A DNA stretch of 64,000 nt from a virus (taxonomy: Duplodnaviria > Caudoviricetes): positions 32,001-96,000 of IMG/VR virus record IMGVR_UViG_3300031853_000007; one strand, given 5' to 3'. The stretch's first letter is position 1. Each line of letters starts with the position of its first letter. Both the position numbers and the translations under genes were made by a program. The notes beneath the pieces are model-generated. The model was not told the DNA's origin. It did no database searches and saw nothing but the letters and a program-made list of their open reading frames with translations. Below, in pieces: positions 58,354 to 64,000 of the stretch.

Positions 58354-59283
58354 ATGAAGTTATCCACTTCGCCTGAGTCTATTACTAGATATAATATTAA
58401 AGATAAATTCTTAGAACATTATAATAACACTGATGATTATGATTTATACAGCGAACTACTTCATAGGATTGATGCTTATGAACAGCTATTTGATAGAGAT
58501 TTTTTATTCTTTACGAAGAGTATGTTAATATCATTTACAGAAAGTGAGTTTTGTAAACCTGAACAGTTTGCGGCGTTTACTAGATTATTGAAGGATTATT
58601 ATTCGTTTCACGGAAAGCAGCCGCCTGTCATCGAGGCGGTTCACTTTATTACTGAGAATTTACGACAACATATTGTAGCCAATGAATCTGAGTTACGAAC
58701 AATTTTAGATTCGGTTTTTTTACCAGACGAAGAACGTACATTAGATGTTATGCGTAAAGCGTGTTTGATTTTACTTTATTATGGTATTAATAAAAATGAC
58801 ATTCCTAGTGTTAAAAAGGAACAAGTCTCTGATACCTTACCTTGTGTCTTATATCCTGATGGTGGGGTATTTAGAGAGAACATACCCGAATACTTCATGG
58901 AAACCTTGCGACTATGTAAGGTTATGACATTTGCGGTTTCGACGAATCAACAATACACGAGTAGTGAATCGCGGAACAGACCTTTGCAGAACAACGGTTA
59001 TCTCATTCGTGCCGAAGCTACTACAAGTAAATCACCGATGGTAGCCACGGCGTTCATTGACAAGATATTCGCTCGGAGTGACTTTAATAAGGTCAACAAA
59101 AACCTCAACAGTAGCCGCCTAATAGAATCGGGCTTTTATTCGTGGATTAAGGCTCGAAAAGGTGAAAGTTTTAGGGGTGAATTTTCTGACTTCAAGGTGC
59201 TTTACGAGGAATATTTTGGAAAACTTACGAGTAGATACAGAATCTACCATGACAATTATCAAATTTGGCGAAACATAACATAA
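58354..59283 (+). CDS. Degenerate tyrosine-recombinase-fold protein (candidate repressor)
   Basis: KACLILLYYGINKNDIPSVK and SSRLIESG resemble recombinase boxes I and II without the catalytic R/H; own promoter and terminator. Confidence 0.5.
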   Translation: MKLSTSPESITRYNIKDKFLEHYNNTDDYDLYSELLHRIDAYEQLFDRDFLFFTKSMLISFTESEFCKPEQFAAFTRLLKDYYSFHGKQPPVIEAVHFITENLRQHIVANESELRTILDSVFLPDEERTLDVMRKACLILLYYGINKNDIPSVKKEQVSDTLPCVLYPDGGVFRENIPEYFMETLRLCKVMTFAVSTNQQYTSSESRNRPLQNNGYLIRAEATTSKSPMVATAFIDKIFARSDFNKVNKNLNSSRLIESGFYSWIKARKGESFRGEFSDFKVLYEEYFGKLTSRYRIYHDNYQIWRNIT

Positions 59284-59302
59284 CAACATAATATTGGTAA
59301 CG

Positions 59303-59333
59303 AGGAGTCGTCTCATTCGGGGCGGCTCCTTTT
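59303..59333 (+). terminator. Intrinsic terminator
   Basis: AGGAGTCGTCTC-ATTC-GGGGCGGCTCCT TTT. Confidence 0.75.
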
Positions 59334-59360
59334 GTTATATCTGAAAGAAAGGAATGATGC

Positions 59361-60194
59361 TTAACGGAAAATGAAAAACAATGGGTTGTGTATTGCCATA
59401 AGAATCTCAGCAATCAGAAAAAGTACATAGGGATAACTTGCCAAAAGCTGAATGAAAGATGGAGAAGTGGTAAGGGATATAAGAGCTGTCCATACTTTTT
59501 TCGGGCAATTGAAAAATACGGATGGGACGGATTTAGTCACACCGTATTGTATGAAAACCTATCGGAAGATGAGGCTAAACAGAAAGAGGTAGAATTAATA
59601 AAGAAGTACAATACACAAGATGAAAGATATGGGTATAATTTAACTCCCGGTGGTCAAGGTTATTGTGGCAAAGATAACCCTTGGTTTGGACAACATCATA
59701 CTTTAGAGACAAGGCGTAAAATGAGCGAAGCAAGAAAAGGTAGGGTTGTTAGCGAAGAAACTAAACGTAAAATGAGTGAGATAATGAAAGGTCGTATTAT
59801 TTCCGAAGAGACAAGAAGAAAAATGAGTGAAAACCATGCAGATTTTAAAGGAAAAAATAACCCAAGATATGGAAAAAAGAATGATCCTGAACATCAAAGA
59901 AAGATGGTAGAGGCTTCTAAAACCCCAGAGGCTATCGAAAAAATGAAACAGAATAAAACTTGGTATAGCGGAAAAGATAATGCTAATTCTAAACGAGTTA
60001 TATGTTTAGATACGGGGATAGTATATGATACGGTCAACGAAGCTGCTGCTGAAAACGGAGTTTTGCCAAGTAAAGTTTCTTTGGTTTGTCATGGGCATAG
60101 AATTCATACTGGTGGCTTACATTTTGCTTTTTATAATGATGAGTATTATAAAGATGGAAGATTGATTGATAAAGAAAAGAAGGAGGCTTCATAA
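59361..60194 (+). CDS. Free-standing GIY-YIG homing endonuclease with NUMOD3-type repeats
   Basis: VVY...[15 protein letters not shown], (S/T)xETRRKMSE x3, [10 protein letters not shown]-terminal domain; start codon unclear. Confidence 0.85.
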   Translation, partial: LTENEKQWVVYCHKNLSNQKKYIGITCQKLNERWRSGKGYKSCPYFFRAIEKYGWDGFSHTVLYENLSEDEAKQKEVELIKKYNTQDERYGYNLTPGGQGYCGKDNPWFGQHHTLETRRKMSEARKGRVVSEETKRKMSEIMKGRIISEETRRKMSENHADFKGKNNPRYGKKNDPEHQRKMVEASKTPEAIEKMKQNKTWYSGKDNANSKRVICLDTGIVYDTVNEAAAENGVLPSKVSLVCHGHRIHTGGLHFAFYNDEYYKDGRLIDKEKKEAS

Positions 60195-60805
60195 TGCGTA
60201 GTTGGTTTGAAGAATTAAGTTCGGTGGACGTTAACGACCACGTTGAAGAAAAAAATGGTTTACGGTATTTACCTTGGATGTGGGCGTGGCAGGAATTAAA
60301 GAAAAGATATCCTCTTTCATACTCAACTGTGTATGAGACAGAAGAAGGTATGCTTGTTTGGAAAGACCCTGTTGGGTGTCATGTAAAAACATCCATAACG
60401 ATAGTGTGGGAAGAAGGTGGAGAAACAAAACAGCATACGGTTACAGAATACTTACCTTGTATGGACTTCAAAAACAAATCTGTGCCATACGACAATGTAG
60501 ATTCCATGTTAGTAAACAAAACAGTACAGAGAAGTCTTACCAAATGTATTGCTAGATTGGGTTTGGGTTCGTATTTGTTTTCAGACGAAGATTTGCCCGA
60601 AGCTGTGGCACAACTACAGGAAGTCAACGACGCTAACTTCAAACTGGCGGTGGAGATATCCAACATCAGCGATGCTAAGAAAAAGGCTGTTGGTGACCTG
60701 CTTGATAAGTACATAGAGTCTCATGACCCTCGAAAGATTGAGGATATTGATACAGCGAATGAGATTTACAAGGAACTGATGAAGCTCAAGAAAAGTAAGA
60801 AGTAA
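60194..60805 (+). CDS. Sak3/DUF1071-like single-strand annealing protein
   Basis: VDVNDHVEEKNGLRYLPW.WAW, LPCMDFKN, QRSLTKCIARLGLG.YLF.DEDLP. Confidence 0.85.
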   Translation: MRSWFEELSSVDVNDHVEEKNGLRYLPWMWAWQELKKRYPLSYSTVYETEEGMLVWKDPVGCHVKTSITIVWEEGGETKQHTVTEYLPCMDFKNKSVPYDNVDSMLVNKTVQRSLTKCIARLGLGSYLFSDEDLPEAVAQLQEVNDANFKLAVEISNISDAKKKAVGDLLDKYIESHDPRKIEDIDTANEIYKELMKLKKSKK

Positions 60806-60821
60806 CAAAGGATGTGTAACT

Positions 60822-61115
60822 ATGTTTATACCCGAGAATGATGATAATGAGACAATCCTAAAGGAAATTTCTTTTACACTAAACGACCACGGCGCGACAT
60901 GGATATTATCAGATGAAGACGATGAAGAAGATGATTGCTCCGTAGATTATACTGACTTCACTAGAATGGTTTGTACTCTGACGGATGTCCACTGTAAATT
61001 CACAGCGGAAAATAACTTCATCGAAATACATCCTGATAGTATGACTTCCTTTGGTGGAGTCTGCATAGAGTTCTACGATGATGGCTCTTTCAAAGGTTTT
61101 ATTGCAAGTGAATAA
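60822..61115 (+). CDS. Acidic hypothetical protein
   Basis: ORF between sak and ssb. Confidence 0.6.
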   Translation: MFIPENDDNETILKEISFTLNDHGATWILSDEDDEEDDCSVDYTDFTRMVCTLTDVHCKFTAENNFIEIHPDSMTSFGGVCIEFYDDGSFKGFIASE

Positions 61116-61130
61116 AAGGAGAGATGGTTT

Positions 61131-61529
61131 ATGATTAATTTTAACAATTCTTATGGCTCTGTTTTCAAGGTTGAGGACAAGGGTAACTACGTAAAGGCTG
61201 ACTTTAGTACAGGACGCAAGGATCAGGACGGCAACTTTGTGAACTCCTATTGGAAGGCAGTATTCCTCGGTAAAGCAAAGGACGCTGCTAAGGAACTGAC
61301 CGACAAGGACAGGATTCACGTAACTTCTGGTGGCGTAGCTAACGAGCCGTACACTAATGCTGATGGAGAGAGACGTTCTTATCCTAGCGTAAAGATATTC
61401 GAGTTTGAAAAGCTCGGTTCTAGCAACGGCGCAGCTAAGGAAGATAAGAAGCCCACAAAGAAGACAACCAAGAAGTCTACTAAGAAGGTAGAGGTCGAGG
61501 TTGACGACGACGATGAAGTTCCGTTCTAA
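61131..61529 (+). CDS. ssb: Single-stranded DNA-binding protein
   Basis: OB-fold size, acidic tail ending DDDDEVPF, near Sak. Confidence 0.8.
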   Translation: MINFNNSYGSVFKVEDKGNYVKADFSTGRKDQDGNFVNSYWKAVFLGKAKDAAKELTDKDRIHVTSGGVANEPYTNADGERRSYPSVKIFEFEKLGSSNGAAKEDKKPTKKTTKKSTKKVEVEVDDDDEVPF

Positions 61530-61543
61530 TATAACAGGAGATT

Positions 61544-61843
61544 ATGATGAAGAGAACTATAAGACGTGGTGTATTTGAGACAAATAGCAGCTCCGTTCAC
61601 TCCATGGTTATCTGTAACGACGAGGAGTGGAGGAAGTGGCAACTCGGTGAGTTAGTTTACGATTATTGGAGTGATAGACTTATTGAAGTTACCGACGAAA
61701 CTAAACCTAACGGAGACCGTTATTGTGATTTTGAAGATGTAATTGAGTGTAGTTGGTTTAAAGATTACTGTACTTTCAGTGAGGAATACACTACAGAGAG
61801 TGGAGACCTAGTCCATATCTTTGGATACTACGGTCACGATTGA
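61544..61843 (+). CDS. Hypothetical protein with RRGVFETNSSSxHS motif
   Basis: Paralogous N-terminus to 55840-56463. Confidence 0.7.
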   Translation: MMKRTIRRGVFETNSSSVHSMVICNDEEWRKWQLGELVYDYWSDRLIEVTDETKPNGDRYCDFEDVIECSWFKDYCTFSEEYTTESGDLVHIFGYYGHD

Positions 61844-61877
61844 TGAAATCTGACAGCCCGGAAAGACGGGCATTTAT

Positions 61878-61948
61878 TTCGGCTTAGTTTATTGGTAGAA
61901 CAAGAGTTTTTGGCACTCTAGGAAAAGGTTCGAGTCCTTTAGCCGAAG
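61878..61948 (+). tRNA. tRNA-Gln (TTG)
   Basis: Cloverleaf, anticodon stem AGAGT/ACTCT, loop TT TTG GC. Confidence 0.85.
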
Positions 61949-62093
61949 TTTGCGTGAACACCTCCTAGACGATTCGACTCCGCCGTCGAAGAATAGTAGA
62001 CGGCGGGCATCGAGTCGGGTTGCATCACGCATGTAAGTTTACTTTTCCTTTTCATAAATCTATGTAAAGGAGTTGTTTAAAATGTAATTATTT

Positions 62094-62167
62094 CGGGGCA
62101 TACGTCAATTTGGTAGACGGCGACATTTGGGATGTCGAGGCTGTGGGTTCAAGTCCCGCTGCTCCGA
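62094..62167 (+). tRNA. tRNA-Pro (TGG)
   Basis: Cloverleaf, loop TT TGG GA. Confidence 0.92.
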
Positions 62168-62173
62168 TTTTTT

Positions 62174-62256
62174 GCAACAGTAGCTTAACGGGAAAGCAGC
62201 GGGTACCCCTTAAAAACAAGTATAGCAAGTTGTTGGTTCGAGTCCAATCTGTTGCA
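62174..62256 (+). tRNA. tRNA-like gene with enlarged, irregular anticodon arm (identity undetermined)
   Basis: Intact acceptor, D and T arms; 28 nt where 17 are expected. Confidence 0.55.
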
Positions 62257-62336
62257 TTGCTTTATGTTAAAAAAGCATACATTTAGCGTCTGACTTCTTG
62301 GAAAGACAAGATGACAGCTCGAAAAGACGAGCATTC

Positions 62337-62411
62337 GCTCCCTTGGTGGAATTGGCATACACATCGGTTTTAAGTCCCGTTCATTTGCGAGTTCGAGTCT
62401 CGCAGGGAGCA
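62337..62411 (+). tRNA. tRNA-Leu (TAA), atypical short variable region
   Basis: Leu-type D arm, loop TT TAA GT, two anticodon-stem mismatches. Confidence 0.65.
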
Positions 62412-62414
62412 TAT

Positions 62415-62494
62415 GCCCTCATGGTGGAATAGGAAGACACGGCGGCTTCAAGTACCGCTTCGTAAGAGTATCGGTTCGAGTCCGATTGGGGGTA
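62415..62494 (+). tRNA. tRNA-Leu (CAA)
   Basis: Cloverleaf with variable arm, loop TT CAA GT. Confidence 0.85.
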
Positions 62495-62552
62495 TTAAAT
62501 GCGAGAAAGTCTCGCATATTTTTTACGAATATTACAGAGGTGTTAATTGATT

Positions 62553-63152
62553 ATGACAGAAGAGAAAAGAAAAGAACTCGAAGAAAGATTTGACTCACTG
62601 CTGATTAGTGTTCAGCGTGACGGTGTAGGTAAGCTGATTGAGTATCTGCATACTACAGATTTCTACACGGCTCCCGCAAGCACCCGCTTCCATTCATCAT
62701 ACGAGGGTGGACTTCTTGCTCACTCGCTCAATGTTTATGATATGTTGAAGGCGAAGATGGAGACTCCTACTTGGAAGGATTACGGTTACGCCGATTCTAC
62801 TATTGCAATCGTAGCTCTGTGTCACGATTTATGTAAGGTTAACTTCTATGATGTCGAGATGCGAAATCGTAAGAACGATGCAGGTAAGTGGGAACAGTAT
62901 CCTTTTTACATAACCAACGATAAGAGTCCTTACGGTCATGGTGAGAAGAGTGCAATGATGACTCAGCACTTTATCAAGCTGACAGCCGAGGAGATGTATG
63001 CAATTCGTTGGCATATGGGATTTAGCGAACCGCGAGAGAATTATGGTTATCTTGGAAAAGCTATGGAACTTTATCCACTGATAGTTGCCTTGCATGAGGC
63101 TGATTTGGAAGCGACCTATTTGATCGAGAGCAAGGAGGGTTCTGATGAATGA
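62553..63152 (+). CDS. HD-domain phosphohydrolase
   Basis: APASTRFH, GGLLAHS, CHDLCK, GHGEKS, IRWHMG, HEAD. Confidence 0.85.
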   Translation: MTEEKRKELEERFDSLLISVQRDGVGKLIEYLHTTDFYTAPASTRFHSSYEGGLLAHSLNVYDMLKAKMETPTWKDYGYADSTIAIVALCHDLCKVNFYDVEMRNRKNDAGKWEQYPFYITNDKSPYGHGEKSAMMTQHFIKLTAEEMYAIRWHMGFSEPRENYGYLGKAMELYPLIVALHEADLEATYLIESKEGSDE

Positions 63153-63891
63153 TATTCAGCTATTCGTAAATGAAGAATTAGGTAATCTTAGAGGAACTAA
63201 TATAAAAGGTGAACCTTGGGTGGTAGGAAAAGATGTAGCAGAAGCACTTGGGTACAAAGAAACGGCAAAGGCAATTAGAACCCATGTTGACGAAGAAGAT
63301 AAAGGGGTGTCTGTTTTGGACACCCCCGGCGGAAAACAGAAAGTGGTAGTAATTAATGAGTCGGGTTTCTATTCATTAGTTATGAGTAGTAAACTTCCCG
63401 ACGCAAAAAGGTTTAAGCGTTGGGTTACATCAGAGGTTCTTCCGACTCTCCGTAAGAACGGCACTTATTCGATAGCTGCTAAGCCTGACAGCTATACTAT
63501 TGAAGACCCCGCTGCTAGAGCGAGACGTTGGGCTGAGGAATACGAAGAGAAGAGGGCATTGGAGATGAAAGTCGAGAAAGATGCTCCGATGGTGGCATTT
63601 GCGGAACAAGTAAGTGTAGCTAAGGATTCTGATTGCATTGACTTCTCTGCGATGGCTAAGATAATAAAAGACCACGATATTCCTATGGGTAGAAATAAGC
63701 TGTTCGATTTAGCAAGAAAATTCAAGTGGCTTCGTCCCAACAACGAACCTTATCAGCAGTACATAAATCAGGGATATTTTACAGTGGTGGAATACCTGAG
63801 AAATGGGAAGCCTATGACCAAAACTCTTATTACGGGCAAAGGTCAGCTTTACATAACACAGAAAATTCTTGACTATTATAGAGGTGATTGA
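63145..63891 (+). CDS. BRO-N / ANT antirepressor (second copy)
   Basis: GEPWVVGKDVAEALGY, INESG, FKRWVTSEVLP, ITGKGQ. Confidence 0.9.
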   Translation: MNDIQLFVNEELGNLRGTNIKGEPWVVGKDVAEALGYKETAKAIRTHVDEEDKGVSVLDTPGGKQKVVVINESGFYSLVMSSKLPDAKRFKRWVTSEVLPTLRKNGTYSIAAKPDSYTIEDPAARARRWAEEYEEKRALEMKVEKDAPMVAFAEQVSVAKDSDCIDFSAMAKIIKDHDIPMGRNKLFDLARKFKWLRPNNEPYQQYINQGYFTVVEYLRNGKPMTKTLITGKGQLYITQKILDYYRGD

Positions 63892-63892
63892 T

Positions 63893-64000
63893 ATGGCAAG
63901 TCAGAAACTCGTTAAGTGCAGATACACACATTGCAGACATAAGGATGATTTGTTTCCACCGGATCAAATGGTTCAAGGTGGTCGGGGAACTTATTATCAT
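63893..64000 (+). CDS. Hypothetical protein, N-terminus (runs off window)
   Basis: RBS AGAGGTG; MASQKLVKCRYTHC... Confidence 0.55.
   Translation, partial: MASQKLVKCRYTHCRHKDDLFPPDQMVQGGRGTYYH

Larger units (their letters stand above)
61851..62332 (+). repeat. Three TGACW-stem-RAAAGA-stem hairpins (boxB-like)
   Basis: 61851-61871 GCCCG/CGGGC; 62291-62311 TCTTG/CAAGA; 62312-62332 GCTCG/CGAGC. Confidence 0.65.

Noticed and set aside
62415-62494. TCA (Sec/opal suppressor) anticodon reading
   Set aside because: Stem register places CAA at 34-36, and the D arm and discriminator are Leu-type. ORFs read normally with the standard code, so there is no sign of recoding.

Overview
This window is part of a large, low-GC Firmicutes-type temperate phage with SPbeta-like gene order, probably a phage-plasmid. 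The left arm (1-34.5 kb, minus strand) carries a tyrosine recombinase, a Rep_3-like initiator with iterons, a YonO-like single-subunit RNA polymerase, a metallophosphoesterase, HU, a tRNA/ncRNA cluster with a ~600-nt ROOL-like RNA, ClpP, PhoH, an antirepressor, terminase, portal, protease/scaffold, capsid, head-tail and tail genes, and a tape measure protein (TMP). The right arm (35-64 kb, plus strand) carries many small early/accessory genes, Thg1, an IscB-omegaRNA element, a radical SAM enzyme, MazF, a degenerate recombinase-like protein, GIY-YIG, Sak3, SSB and a tRNA cluster. Three group I introns were reconstructed by hand from base pairing and reading frame: two in the TMP gene and one in the RNA polymerase gene. 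The most striking is TMP intron 1 (4029-5538, 1510 nt). Where a homing endonuclease usually sits, it carries two membrane-protein genes, one of them an antisense unit with its own promoter and terminator. Also seen: a twister ribozyme, an unexplained structured RNA between the recombinase and the origin, a restriction-site-depleted region at the strand switch, tRNA-mimic minihelices and boxB-like hairpins. Product calls rest on motifs recognised by eye and on synteny; no database search was run.
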